This document shows positions 50,894-61,690 of a stretch of 64,000 nt of DNA, one piece after another; within the stretch, counting starts at the first letter, position 1; each line of letters opens with the position of its first letter. Below the pieces are notes generated by a model. The model worked only from the letters and a program-made list of their open reading frames with translations, searched no databases and was not told the DNA's origin. This DNA comes from Channa argus. Taxonomy: Eukaryota. The stretch spans positions 20,255,376 to 20,319,375 of the forward strand of contig NC_090210.1 of assembly GCF_033026475.1 (NCBI RefSeq). Reading direction: 5' to 3'. A program made the position numbers and the translations under genes.

Positions 50894-51365
50894 GTATGTG
50901 CAAATTCCATATTTCACTACGTTACAATAGACCATTTTTTCATTTAGAGTTGGAAAGTCCAACATTAATGTCCAAAAATTTATATTATACTCTTAGAAAG
51001 CTGCACACAGTATGTTTGCATTAACAAAAGTGGCTGGTTCGTGATGTTTTACATCAAAGGACAATAAAGATGGAGAACTTCAGAAGACAAAAAAAAAAGT
51101 TCTATGGATGAGCAACGTACTCGTTGCTGTTTTGTCCCTCAACTTTTAAGCCTCACTTTCATGTCCCTCCTCTAACTTCCCTGTTTTTGCAGTTTCCATC
51201 AAATGAAACAATAGCGTGCTCATTTAATGCTAATGATTGCAATCAACATAACTTTGTACTGCATGAAACAAAATACAGGTACAGGTGTCTGAATCAAAAC
51301 ATGTACTTCACTTTACCGTATCTCGAAGAATTAGGGAATCATTTTGCATTTCTTTCCGCTACCAG

Positions 51366-51796
51366 GGATTGTGCTGGGCCGTCACGGTGGTGCCATGAAA
51401 CAAATGCTACTGCCTTTCTGGCTCGGCCTCGGGGGCACTCTGGGGTCTGGGACACAGCCGTTCCCCTGGATTCACGTCTCGGACCTGGCAGGAATTATCG
51501 CTCATGGCCTGGAGCCTCCAGCTAACACCCTCTCCTCTTCACCACAAGTCTTTAACGGAGTCGCACCTGGATTGAATACCAACTATGAGTTCACTAAAGA
51601 ACTGGGCCGGATTCTGAGACGGCCCACCATTTTTCCTGTACCAGTTTTCGTCCTGAATACCCTGATGGGCTCTGAGAGGGCTGTGGTCCTCACCCAGGGC
51701 CAGAAAGTCATACCAAAGAGAACTCTAGAAGCTGGATATCTGTACAAGTACCCAGACCTGACCTCAGCACTGAAGGAGATTGTCGAGAGCTATTAG
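51366..51796 (+). CDS. sdr39u1: sdr39u1 terminal exon (..IVLGRHGGAMKQMLLPFWLGLGGTLGSGTQPFPWIHVSDLAGII...KVIPKRTLEAGYLYKYPDLTSALKEIVESY*)
   Basis: Acceptor ccgctaccag|GG. Open frame to TAG at 51794-51796, as in ORF 51344..51796. Matches human GSGHQFFPWIHIGDLAGIL...GQKVIPQRTLATGYQYSFPELGAALKEIVA. Confidence 0.85.
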
Positions 51797-52190
51797 ACTT
51801 CATAAGAATGTGTGTAATTTATAAATATACACAATCATGTCTATATATTTACTGTACTATATATGAGGACAATATGTACAGAAATAAGAACTGACCAAGA
51901 ACTTGACATCTGTTAACTATGTGGGTTTCTTCTGGATTGTGTAAGTTAAAGTCCAGGATTACAGCAAACATTTTATAAGGCTGGTGCACAATAAAGTTGG
52001 GTAAAGAGCAAGAATATGAGATTTTATTGAAGTAATTCTGTTACTAGTTTTCCAATGAGTCAGAATTTTACTATTCCCAATGAGGAAAGCACGGTACTAT
52101 TTAACCAACAGCTGATGTGTCTTTAGACAACAGTCCTATCTCAGTGTGAGTTCATGCTTCCACTGTGTAAAGACGACGACTCTGGCTGAA

Positions 52191-52281
52191 TCATCCCTCT
52201 GAATCACCGTCCTCCTCGACCTTCTGAAACATCGGCATTTGATCTCCCCAGTCACTACTCCGGGCACAGCGGTACACATCT
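52191..52281 (-). CDS. mettl17: mettl17 exon 14 (terminal): (R)DVYRCARSSDWGDQMPMFQKVEEDGDSEG*
   Basis: Matches human RDLYRCARVSSWGDLLPVL. TGA is the reverse complement of 52191-52193. Acceptor ccag|A. Confidence 0.8.
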
Positions 52282-52632
52282 CTGGTTAAAGAAAGGGATG
52301 GAAGTTTCAAACAAATAGAGTATTGCATAAAGGTTCCACAGCAAAATTATTTTTACAAACTAGATCACATTCATATGAGGTTTGGCTTTTTTTCTTTTTT
52401 TAATCGAGTTAAACAATTTAGACCAATTTAAAACCACAAACTTGCGGGTTTTTTTCAGGATATTACTTGATTTTGTTAGAAAAAGTTCATGAACTACAAT
52501 GTTTGTAGTGGTTGGCGCTGGTCTTGGCACTTGTACAAGGAAAAGAAAAAAAAATCAACTCAAATCAAACCCACACATTCAAAACTAAAAGCTACTACAG
52601 ATGGGTTTGACAGTGTGTGAGATGACTTTTAC

Positions 52633-52829
52633 CTGCTTTGTTTTCGAGCCGTCACCACCACATGTTGTAGTTGTCCATCAGAGCAGCACATCCGACAGTG
52701 GACGTGTCTCGTTCTGCGTTGCACCGGAGCGATCAGCCTGGCCCAGTCCACACCTTCTGTTTCTGGCCCCGCTGGTTCTGTCCGAGTCAGAATCAAGTAG
52801 CTGAACTTCTCTCTCTGACGATCATTGTG
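52633..52829 (-). CDS. mettl17: mettl17 exon 13 (HNDRQREKFSYLILTRTEPAGPETEGVDWARLIAPVQRRTRHVHCRMCCSDGQLQHVVVTARKQS)
   Basis: Matches human [57 protein letters not shown]. Acceptor ccccag|CAC, donor AG|gtaaaa. Confidence 0.85.
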
Positions 52830-53214
52830 CTGGGGAAATGCTTATTTTTTTAAATTTAAGCTTTATTGTCATTATTGAGTACATATGCAGGTTATTTGTA
52901 ATATTTGTTCTGTGTTTAACTCCTCGCCCTGTAGAAAGCAGTGGGCAGTCACAGGGACCAGGGAGCTTCTGTCTCATTCCAGGACACACCTGGTGGGTGA
53001 GCTGGTATGTGACGATGCAGACTTCTGCATCCCAGTCTGATGGTATGGGAAATCGAATCTATTGAATCTATAAATGCTTTTTGGATCATGTATTCATGGA
53101 ATGCTGAATGGTCCAGTTATTTCCAAAAGGCACAAATAAGCTGATGAAATAATTTCTGACTCTTGGGTAATAATACATGGCTGTAACCAGACGTGTAATC
53201 AAGTCCAATCTTAC

Positions 53215-53307
53215 CCCAGGCAGAGGCAAAGGATGGTAAAGTTGCTGAAAGTTGCAGGGTATGACTGGCTCACGGCCAAGTTTAGGACACGTCAGCTCGT
53301 GTGGACA
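53215..53307 (-). CDS. mettl17: mettl17 exon 12 (CPHELTCPKLGREPVIPCNFQQLYHPLPLPG)
   Basis: Matches human [28 protein letters not shown]. Acceptor tttccag|TGT, donor GGG|gtaaga. Confidence 0.8.
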
Positions 53308-53392
53308 CTGGAAAGAAGACGTAATAAAGCTGTGACACTGTCTAAAGAAACTATGTGGTGATATTTTAAACCCAGCTAGGACATAAACATAC

Positions 53393-53443
53393 TGGAGCAA
53401 ACACTGATGCTGGTCTGGAGTCATGGACAATCTTCTCTTGTTT
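53393..53443 (-). CDS. mettl17: mettl17 exon 11 (KQEKIVHDSRPASVFAP)
   Basis: Matches human KGKEKSPLDPRPGFVFAP. Acceptor gtctccag|AAA, donor CCA|gtatgt. Confidence 0.75.
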
Positions 53444-53551
53444 CTGGAGACAGAGAAACAAAAACCGTAGGCTGTTTCCATTAACTGCACCTATTTAAAC
53501 TCCCACATGAGCATTTGGAATTTTTTAAAATATATTTATGTGTATAAATAC

Positions 53552-53620
53552 ATTTAATAAAGTGTCTCTGGCCTCCATAAGCATTTGATGACCTTCTTTT
53601 GTCCCATTTTCTACCAACAC
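53552..53620 (-). CDS. mettl17: mettl17 exon 10 ([23 protein letters not shown])
   Basis: Matches human [24 protein letters not shown]. Acceptor ttgttatag|GTG, donor AAT|gtattt. Confidence 0.8.
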
Positions 53621-53745
53621 CTATAACAAAAGAAGAAAAAAAAACAAAGCTCTAGTGCAGTATGTTCACTAAAGATGCAAAGAAAATAGGATCTCACACA
53701 CACTAACTATCCACAGACATATTAATTATCATTATTTCAACCCAC

Positions 53746-53853
53746 CAGATATGAGCTTGTCTTCCTCCACAGCGTGAACACAGCATCTTCTCTGTCTTTC
53801 CCACTCGGAAGCTCCGACAGGGTGAAGGCTGCGACCACCAAGTCGAACTGCAC
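53746..53853 (-). CDS. mettl17: mettl17 exon 9 ([36 protein letters not shown])
   Basis: Matches human [36 protein letters not shown]. Acceptor cctctcag|GTG, donor CTG|gtgggt. Confidence 0.85.
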
Positions 53854-54378
53854 CTGAGAGGAGAAACACTGCACCATCAGAGCTCCTTTATTTTCTACAT
53901 CATCGACCTCATAAGTACTAAATCCCTGAACGCTAATCTAATTGTGAAAGACTTCGCACAATTTTAATTTGTTTCGCTGAAAGTGGGATCAAACCTTTAT
54001 TTCTCATGATGAAGGTTTGAATTTCATTTCTCACTGTCAAGGAACTGAGGCAAACATAATTTATATAAGCTACCTTGTTTTCAAGTTTTTTTTAAAATAA
54101 AGAATAAAACAACAATTTAAAAAATTTGTTACAAATGTCAAAACTTAACCATGTCAGAGTGATCTGGTCCAAAAATGGTGATCACTGCATCATTTTTCAA
54201 AACACAACTGAACTTTTTTTTTTTTTTTTAATCACTGCAATTGCTATTATCAAAAACAGTGTATTAAAAACATGCAACGTTCTAATACTGACTGTAGAAA
54301 AATTACTAATGCACAATGCACACATTTTGTTGGCACTCAGGTTAATGCTAACTGAATTAAAACCAGACCGGATTTTAC

Positions 54379-54449
54379 CTTTGGAGAGACAGGGAGGAAC
54401 TGCCTAAAATAGACGTGTTTGATGTAAGGTTCAGCGCTTTCGTCATCAC
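54379..54449 (-). CDS. mettl17: mettl17 exon 8 ((G)[23 protein letters not shown])
   Basis: Matches human [24 protein letters not shown]. Acceptor gttgagcag|GT, donor AAG|gtaaaa. Confidence 0.8.
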
Positions 54450-54539
54450 CTGCTCAACAAAAAAACAAAAATGCTTGTCTGAAGGTTGTCCGAGGGACTA
54501 CTGGACTACAAGAAAAAAAAAAAGTGTTTGTGTGTGCAC

Positions 54540-54634
54540 CTTTGAGAAGTCGTTCTGCCAGAATGTTCATCGGTCCAGAGCTGTCCACACACACCATCTC
54601 TTTCAAAGTGTCACCCCAGCATGAGTGCGACGCC
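54540..54634 (-). CDS. mettl17: mettl17 exon 7 ((W)ASHSCWGDTLKEMVCVDSSGPMNILAERLLK)
   Basis: Matches human [31 protein letters not shown]. Acceptor ctgcag|G, donor AAA G|gtgcac. Confidence 0.8.
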
Positions 54635-54725
54635 CTGCAGAAAAAACAGACGGAGATTGAATTCAGGGGTCTGGTAATTTAGACACAAACTCTATAAATA
54701 ATACAGCAATTTTTTTTAGACTAAC

Positions 54726-54799
54726 CACACAACGGATCCCAGCCCTGAACCAAAATCCAGGAGAGACTGAGGGGCAAAAGAAGGATCCCGCTTCTTAAT
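54726..54799 (-). CDS. mettl17: mettl17 exon 6, SAM-binding motif I (IKKRDPSFAPQSLLDFGSGLGSVV)
   Basis: Matches human [24 protein letters not shown] (Rsm22/METTL17 methyltransferase motif I). Donor TG|gttagt. Confidence 0.85.
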
Positions 54800-55000
54800 C
54801 TGGTATAGAAAAAAAATATCATTTATGAGGGATAAAGGTAAAAGTTTAATCCCTGATCCTATGCTGATGTCATAATTCTCAGTAATCAGTAAACGTATGT
54901 TGTCATTTCCCATGTTTTACCAGTATACATGTAAAGATATGTTTTCAGTGATCCCTGGTACCATGTGAGTTAGTTTCTAATCCTCACGACTTGCTCATAC

Positions 55001-55082
55001 CTCATTCAAAGCTCTCCTCACCGCTGCATAGCCCCCAGCCAGCCGAGCTGCCATGTATACCACACCTAATTCTTCATCATAC
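55001..55082 (-). CDS. mettl17: mettl17 exon 5 ((K)YDEELGVVYMAARLAGGYAAVRRALNE)
   Basis: Matches human [26 protein letters not shown]. Acceptor gtgtttcag|G, donor GAG|gtatga. Confidence 0.8.
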
Positions 55083-55471
55083 CTGAAACACAGAGTGACC
55101 TGTAAATAAACTCAGCTAAATCTTAGGCTTAACTGGGAGAGATACCAGTAGAAAGCCCCGAAACGTCACTCCACCTCTGGTTTTGTGCAAAGGTTGATTT
55201 ACAGACAGTGCAATATTCTTATGTATGGAAATTCTTAACTTTGAACGTGTCAGTATGATATCTTCTGTGTGATCTTAAAGCTCCAAAGGTGGCACAAATT
55301 TTAAGTTGCATAAATAAGACTTGCTAGTAAAAGATGCTCTTTTTATCCAATTGGAAATTTGTGAAATTCACAGAGGACTTTTCTGAATGCATTCATGCTT
55401 CAATAAAATCCCATACTTTTATGCAAAGTATTCTTATATGAAAAAGTGTGTAGATAAAAAGTGAGTGTTAC

Positions 55472-55559
55472 TTCATTGGAGTCCAGTGATAGGTTGTTCT
55501 TCTAAGCTCTGAAAACACTTTTTTCCTGATGCGATCTTCCAGTGCTTGCTCATCTACAT
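55472..55559 (-). CDS. mettl17: mettl17 exon 4 ((D)VDEQALEDRIRKKVFSELRRTTYHWTPM)
   Basis: Matches human [22 protein letters not shown]. Acceptor atcgcag|AT, donor AA|gtaaca. Confidence 0.75.
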
Positions 55560-56193
55560 CTGCGATATAAAAGGACATTTATTTTTCAGTTCAACTTTAA
55601 AAAAGAAATTTCGTTAACGCCATTGAATTGAGTGACATTTGTGCATATTTTAGAAAATGTCACTATGTTATAATGTCTTTAAGTCCTGTTACAGATAAAA
55701 TTACAAGTCATTTGCAGAAATGTGGCAGGAAATGTGAAATTTGGTATTGGAAATGTAGATTGTTTAGTTTATAGCCTCTAAGTCACTGTGTGGAAAGGTT
55801 TCTAGAGTAGCTTTTCAGACAGTGACAATGGCTTATGACCAGAGTGAAGAGTGTGACAGAGAGTGCAGAAGCTTTTTAAGGACAAAAACAACTGTGACTG
55901 TTTTTAGTATAGAACTAGACTATGATGTGACTGCTACCCCCTAGACAACGGTCTGCTAAAGAGGCTGAGGTTTTAGTTAACGTTACAAGTCTGTCAAGTC
56001 TTAGAGAAAGCCCTCAGGTTTTAGGGAGGTGTCTTTAACCAATGCTTAGGTTTTAAAGGTATCTAAGGTCTTAGTGGGTTAAACAGTTTGAAATTGATGA
56101 GTAAATAAAAAAAATTACTTTAGATTAATTTCCATAGTTGCTGCATTATATAATTATATAATCATTTGTAGATTTTTGCACTATGCCACTCAC

Positions 56194-56343
56194 CTCCTCT
56201 TTTTGCCATCGCTTTCTCCCAAAGTTCTTTCTCCAAGCTCACAGCTTTCTGCCTCAGAGTCACATCCTCAACTGGCCGTTTCCTGCTCCACAGGATGTTT
56301 GTGAGGCTGCGAATGCGGTCAGTCAGTCGAGCCACCTGAGCTC
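56194..56343 (-). CDS. mettl17: mettl17 exon 3 ((R)AQVARLTDRIRSLTNILWSRKRPVEDVTLRQKAVSLEKELWEKAMAKRG)
   Basis: Matches human [38 protein letters not shown]. Acceptor ctag|GA, donor G|gtgagt. Confidence 0.8.
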
Positions 56344-56444
56344 CTAGACGTGGAAGGATTCAAAACACAGCATTTATAGAAATGTATTTTGGGACCAGTG
56401 AAGCTAGTATATCAGTGCATAGTTCTAATCAGAAGTAAACTTAC

Positions 56445-56586
56445 TGTGAATAATAGATTGTGCAGCCATCTGGAGTTCCTCAGGTAGGTGCAGTGTTTTC
56501 AGGTTCGTCACACCTGGGTGCTTCTTGTGTGGTTCTCCTTTAAGGAAATCTGCCTGTGAATGTGGGTGTGTGGCTACACTCATTCC
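56445..56586 (-). CDS. mettl17: mettl17 exon 2 (GMSVATHPHSQADFLKGEPHKKHPGVTNLKTLHLPEELQMAAQSIIH)
   Basis: Matches human [34 protein letters not shown]. Acceptor catcctcag|GGA, donor CAC A|gtaagt. Overlaps ORF 56425..56625 on the - strand. Confidence 0.8.
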
Positions 56587-57218
56587 CTGAGGATGACAGA
56601 TACAATTGAATGTCTCCTTTATCACCTCTTTAAACAGTAGCTAAACAGTTTTAAAGTAATGGACAATTTTAAACCTAACAATCTCTCATTATAGCAATGA
56701 ATTTTTGGACGTATTATCTAAAAGATTTTTCACTTTACATTCTTAAAATCATAATACTCTTGTTCACACATATAATAATTCAACTTGTATGTATATGAAA
56801 TATCCAATTCTAGAACTGTACGCAAACAGTACCAACAGATTTCAAACACCAAAAACCTTATCACGAGAATTGTGCCTGTTGTAGTTGGTAAGTAACTTAA
56901 CGCTGCTCATACATTTTCACAAGTTATTAATACAGAAATTTCCTGGTAGTAAAAAAAAAGAAAATGTACACAAATAACGTTACACACAGTCTATGGAAAG
57001 CAATGATTTTGCAGGTCATTAACATTTTGGCACAAAATAGAAAAATCTATGAACAATGATGACACGGCTAGCACACAAATGAAGAAAGATGACAAGAAAT
57101 AAATATGAACATTTGCTGTTCATCTTTATTGTGAACACACAAATCAGTTGAACTGTTTTCTGTCTGACCTCCGAGATACAGAAGTTCCGTAGCAATGACA
57201 CCTACCGACAGTACTCAC

Positions 57219-57287
57219 CCTAAACAGCATCCTCACGACAGCCGCCCCCTGACAGAGGACACCGGCGCCGTAGCTCCGTGAAGCCAT
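57219..57287 (-). CDS. mettl17: mettl17 exon 1 (MASRSYGAGVLCQGAAVVRMLFR), probable mitochondrial presequence
   Basis: ATG is the reverse complement of 57285-57287. Donor AGG|gtgagt. Arg-rich, acid-free N-terminus. Phase 0 into exon 2. Confidence 0.75.
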
Positions 57288-58151
57288 TTCTTTGGATTTT
57301 GAAATTTATTGTGTTAACTTAAAACATTGAACGAAACGGAGCACGTTAGACATTCATCCATCCTTCTGCAAAATAATTCCGACCCTCGAGTAAAGCGGAA
57401 CGTTTGATTTCAATGTTTTGTTCCCATTCATAGTTGACAAAAGAGTGCTCACTCTGTTTTTTTATATTGCTTTTTCTTCACTGCAATTCAATGAATAATA
57501 TACTTTGAACTCCACTACATTTCTGTGACAAGTTGTCCTAGTTAGCAGATGTGAGTTATTAACACAAATCCTAATTTATAAGGCTTTACCACCTGCATAT
57601 TTACGTGTTATTACTTTGTTATACTTCACAAAGATGGTTGTTGGTAACAGAGATCGTAGGCTCTTATTTGTCATTTGTAGAAAATTGTATTTGCGATATA
57701 TTTCATGTTTTAAAGTTCGTTTGTAGTGTGCAGCACACATGTTAAAGGAGGTCACAATTTATAATTCTTATTTCTAAAAATGTTCGTGTGTGTGGATTCT
57801 TTTCAGTTAATCGAAGAAAATCTGAATGGGAGAAATTAAATCAACATTAGGGAATGAAATTCTCAGAAATGTTAGGAGCCATTCACTCCTTAAATCAGTA
57901 CATTAAACATATTTTAGAAGACATGACCATTTAAAAAACGGGTATGTTACTTCTTCTTGGCTAAAGTGAAGTACGCTTGCGTCAAGGTTACGCTGCGTTT
58001 TGTTTTAATCACGGAGTGATCCATCTTCACGATAAACGATCTCTGGTTGTACCGGCCAGGAAACGGCGGTGTAGTTAGGAGGTTTTCCCGCTGTTGTCAC
58101 TGTTGTCCAATAGTTACCGCAACTACCTTATTGTTTTTCCCTTAAACCACC
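57288..58151. promoter_or_regulatory. 864 bp head-to-head intergenic region, putative bidirectional promoter shared by mettl17 (-) and parp2 (+)
   Basis: Start codons at 57287 (- strand) and 58152 (+ strand). Contains ccaatag (CCAAT-like) and ggaaacggcgg (ETS-like) within 100 bp of the parp2 ATG. No RNase P RNA-like conserved regions (CR-I/CR-V motifs) were found. Confidence 0.5.
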
Positions 58152-58224
58152 ATGAGGCGAACAAGGGGTTCGGGAAAAAAAAGTCAGAATGCAACAGAAA
58201 GTAACAAAGTACCGTCCAAAACAG
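58152..58224 (+). CDS. parp2: parp2 exon 1 (MRRTRGSGKKSQNATESNKVPSKT), basic N-terminal region
   Basis: ATG at 58152. Donor ACA G|gttggt (phase 1). Basic, like human PARP2 MAARRRRSTGGGR... Confidence 0.7.
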
Positions 58225-58832
58225 GTTGGTTTAATGCTGGAACGTGGAAATGATAAGCTAACGTTAGCTTACTTTACGTTAACGTAGAATTGGGAAGAGG
58301 ACGACAGAGACAGAAAAAGTCATATGATTGAATGTGTAGCTAACATTATTTTTGCTTCATACTGGCTTTAATCTTGTTAAATGAGTTTCTAGGGAACGAC
58401 TAACTTTCTGCTTCGTTTGATAGTTTCACTGCTGCCCCTCTTTATTAATACACGCCAAGTTGTAACGTTACTTTATTCACAGCCAGATTGCTAACTAAGG
58501 TAAGTAACTGCAAAGTAAAAGTACCTCAACGCAACACTCTAATAAACATGCGAGTTCGCCTAAGAAGGTAAATATAGAAGTACCCGTTTCAATTCTACAT
58601 GCTTTAAACTTCAGATGGTTTCCTAATATTTTTTGGAACTGTGCATCTTTCAGTCTGCTGTGACATTTTAGGAGCGCTGTTTTTTTTTTGTTTTTTTTTG
58701 GGATCTCTACCTAAGAGTTCATCATCTCAATCATAAAAATCACAATCTTACAGACACCACAACCAAAGACAAGTCAGACTGAACTAATATGTTAGAATTA
58801 TGAACAATGAATTTCGCAAGTAGAGTTATTTG

Positions 58833-58853
58833 GTGTGTGTGTGTGTGTGTGTG

Positions 58854-58883
<30 letters not shown>
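58833..58883. repeat. Compound microsatellite (GT)n(AT)n(AC)n in parp2 intron 1
   Basis: Direct reading. Confidence 0.9.
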
Positions 58884-58884
<1 letters not shown>

Positions 58885-59187
58885 TGTTTTGGGTTTCATT
58901 CACAGAGCTGCTGAACTGTGGAACACTCACAGTAACACTGAACAAGGCAAACATGAAAAAGCCTACTTACAACAGCACCACTACTGAAAAACAATCCTGG
59001 GGGGAAAAGTGAAAAGCTTATTTGAATGTGTCATATTCCTTCTACTCAATTTGACCCTTTATGTAATATCAATGAAAACAAGCCAATTGGGTGCTGCACA
59101 TCACTGAAGTGAAACATTTTAAAAGGAGAAAATGGGTATTGTGAACTCACCTCACATTTGTGCTATAAACTGGAAAGGAACTTAAAG

Positions 59188-59189
<2 letters not shown>

Positions 59190-59247
<58 letters not shown>
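59190..59247. repeat. (TA)n microsatellite in parp2 intron 1
   Basis: Direct reading. Confidence 0.9.
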
Positions 59248-59249
<2 letters not shown>

Positions 59250-59405
59250 CAACCTTTTACCTAATAGAAATATGGGCCATAAATCAGTAATTTGGTGTTA
59301 AAAATGCAGGATATTAACAAATGCCAGTTACAAATCTTGACATGTAAGTAAACAGAATGTTAAATCCTGTAGTGATAGACAGCCCCACTCTCTGTGTGTG
59401 ATCAG

Positions 59406-59615
59406 TGTGGCAGTGGAAGGGGAATGAGGGGCAGTGGGAACCATATCCTCCTTCAGCCTGTACCTTGTTGGACTCAGCAGTGTCTGCAGGGAAAACGTCT
59501 GTCACTCTGACCTTTGGCTCTGGGACACCCTATGACGTCGACCTGAAGAAAATGTTCCAGATAAACCCTGTCACAAAGTATAAGAGGAAGATTCGCTGTC
59601 AGATAGTAAAACCAG
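59406..59615 (+). CDS. parp2: parp2 exon 2: WWE domain (VWQWKGNEGQWEPYPPSACTLLDSAVSAGKTSVTLTFGSGTPYDVDLKKMFQINPVTKYKRKIRCQIVKP)
   Basis: Acceptor gtgtgatcag|TG, donor CCA G|gtgtgt. Phase 1 to 1, matching exon 1 (G+TG=GTG) and exon 3 (G+AA=GAA). Open 70-codon frame. The WWE signature W-x-W-x5-W-x2-Y...YxVDL..M.Q.N..T...R.IRC is present. Confidence 0.65.
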
Positions 59616-60004
59616 GTGTGTGTTACTGTGTGTGTTGTGCTATGTCGGCTGCTATTTTGTCCTATAGACTGCTTGGATTTTTGCTATTGTGTGTTAGTTT
59701 GTATTTTAATACTGACGCCATGTTAATTTCTATTTAGGTCCTTTTAATCACCATATCCAAACATGTCAGAGGGCTACAAAAGCAGTTCAATTTCCTAATA
59801 ATATATTTGTACATAGTACTATTACAACAACTTTTGCTTTTTTATATGTTCCATGGTTTAATTATTTTGTTTGATTTACTCGATGTTCTGTTAAGTGTTC
59901 AACAAATACAAAATATTAAGAGCTTATTAGTATTTTCTGTATTGATAAATATACAACTTACTGACACCATTAAAATTGTATTTCTGTTCTCTTCTTGTGT
60001 TTAG

Positions 60005-60172
60005 AAAGTTTAAGTGATGCAGACAACTCAGATGCTCACAATGAACGGCCAGTTCAAGTTAAAGAGGAAGACGAGGAGCCGGAAGAGAAACCTGCAGCTA
60101 AGAGGAGGAGAGGAAAAAGCAGGAGTCAGACGAAGACAGAAGAAATACCCAAAGAAGAAATAAAAAATGAAG
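60005..60172 (+). CDS. parp2: parp2 exon 3 (ESLSDADNSDAHNERPVQVKEEDEEPEEKPAAKRRRGKSRSQTKTEEIPKEEIKNE), acidic/basic linker with NLS-like KRRRGK
   Basis: Acceptor tgtgtttag|AA, donor GAA G|gtaaat. Confidence 0.75.
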
Positions 60173-60365
60173 GTAAATTGGGTCTAATTTTTCTCTGCAT
60201 GTGATAACACTGGAAGAGAAGTAGGATTTTTTTTTTTTTAGATATAGAAACAGGTCTTAGTTGCTCTTAAAAATACCACTTTATTGAGGTTATCAGAACT
60301 TTACATGTGCGTAATGTTAGATGCAAGGTTTTCCTATTAATGTTTTGTTTTTGCATGGTGGACAG

Positions 60366-60436
60366 AATCTGTGAAGATAGTGGTCATGAAGGGCAAAGCT
60401 CCGGTGGACAATGAATGCAAAGCCAAACTTGGAAAG
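60366..60436 (+). CDS. parp2: parp2 exon 4 ((E)SVKIVVMKGKAPVDNECKAKLGK)
   Basis: Matches human SVKALLLKGKAPVDPECTAKVGK. Acceptor gacag|AA, donor AAG|gtatca. Confidence 0.85.
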
Positions 60437-60694
60437 GTATCATTTCCATGTTGATATGAAACTTATGTATTGTTTGTCATTTAACACCTGTTAGAAGATT
60501 TATGCAATTCCTCAGTTTCATTTCATATATATTTAATTTGGCTGAACAAACAAAGTAGCTTCAGAATGTCATGTTGAGCTCTACACAATTAGTAGTTTCA
60601 TCTTTATCTTGTAATTTCCTTGTTTTTTTCATCTTTGTAACATCAGGTACAGTAATCTTCATCCATATAGCTAATTGTTCCATCTCTCCCTTAG

Positions 60695-60745
60695 GCTCAT
60701 GTTCACTGTGAAGGAAAAGATGTTTATGATGTTATGTTAAACCAG
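60695..60745 (+). CDS. parp2: parp2 exon 5 (AHVHCEGKDVYDVMLNQ)
   Basis: Matches human AHVYCEGNDVYDVMLNQ. Acceptor tcccttag|GCT, donor CAG|gtaata. Confidence 0.9.
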
Positions 60746-61097
60746 GTAATAATGTTAATGTTTTATTACAAGTTTGCATGAAATGCATTAAATTTTAAAC
60801 TAATGTTAAAATGTTAGGGAGGCTTTTTCTTACACTCGAAGCTTAAAGAAAATTTTTACATTAAGAAGTGCTGACTGAGTAAAATAGTAATTCCGAATAG
60901 TAAACGATATTTGTATATTATTTGATATTCACACTGCAAAGTATATGTGTCAAATGGGATTTTTCTTATATGTAGCCCAGACTGAATACTAAAAACTAAA
61001 TTGCAGGAAAGCCTTTAAAAATATCCAATAGATTGCATTTTCTTTCATTTAATTTAATTTTTAACCTAGTACCAAACACTTTCTGTCTTATTTGCAG

Positions 61098-61194
61098 ACA
61101 AATCTTCAGTTTAACAACAACAAATACTACCTGATCCAGCTGCTGGAAGATGACAGCTCCAAGGTTTACAGCGTGTGGATGAGATGGGGCAGAG
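61098..61194 (+). CDS. parp2: parp2 exon 6, WGR domain part 1 (TNLQFNNNKYYLIQLLEDDSSKVYSVWMRWGR)
   Basis: Matches human TNLQFNNNKYYLIQLLEDDAQRNFSVWMRWGR. Acceptor tttgcag|ACA, donor AGA G|gttctt. Confidence 0.9.
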
Positions 61195-61334
61195 GTTCTT
61201 GTTCTTTGTGTATTTGACATATGAAAATCTCTGTATTTACACAGTAAATTACAAAAGCAGCTCCTTTCTAAGACACAAACTGACCAAAGACACTACTCAA
61301 TTTAGTGATTCTATTGTTTATCTTGTTTTGTCAG

Positions 61335-61410
61335 TGGGCAAAGTGGGTCAAAACAGCCTTGTAGCCTGTGGTGGAGACCTGTTAAAAGCCAAAGATATCT
61401 TCAAGAAAAA
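61335..61410 (+). CDS. parp2: parp2 exon 7, WGR part 2 ((V)GKVGQNSLVACGGDLLKAKDIFKKK)
   Basis: Matches human VGKMGQHSLVACSGNLNKAKEIFQKK. Acceptor tgtcag|TG, donor AA|gtgaga. Confidence 0.85.
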
Positions 61411-61483
61411 GTGAGATTATCCATTTGAATATAAATCCGAGATGTCTCAAATGGAAGTAGATTAATGACATTTTTGGCCACAG

Positions 61484-61586
61484 ATTCTTTGACAAGACCA
61501 AGAATGAGTGGGAACACCGGTCGAATTTTGAGAAAGTGGCTGGAAAATATGATATGGTGTTTATGGACTACAGCACAAATGAGAAG
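61484..61586 (+). CDS. parp2: parp2 exon 8 ((K)FFDKTKNEWEHRSNFEKVAGKYDMVFMDYSTNEK)
   Basis: Matches human FLDKTKNNWEDREKFEKVPGKYDMLQMDYATNTQ. Acceptor ccacag|A, donor AAG|gtacat. Confidence 0.85.
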
Positions 61587-61690
61587 GTACATTTAAACAT
61601 GAAGAAATAACGAGTTTGGTGTCTCCTCAGTATCTTTGTCTAATGGACTTAACAACTCGGACACAAGAGCTTCCGTTTCTACTCTTTTAG

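Noticed and set aside
57288-58151. Looked for an RNase P RNA (RPPH1-like) gene in the mettl17/parp2 bidirectional promoter, as in human
   Set aside because: The region is AT-rich with no GGGAAGGTCTGAGA-like CR-I or other conserved P RNA blocks recognisable by eye. Reported as a negative observation only.
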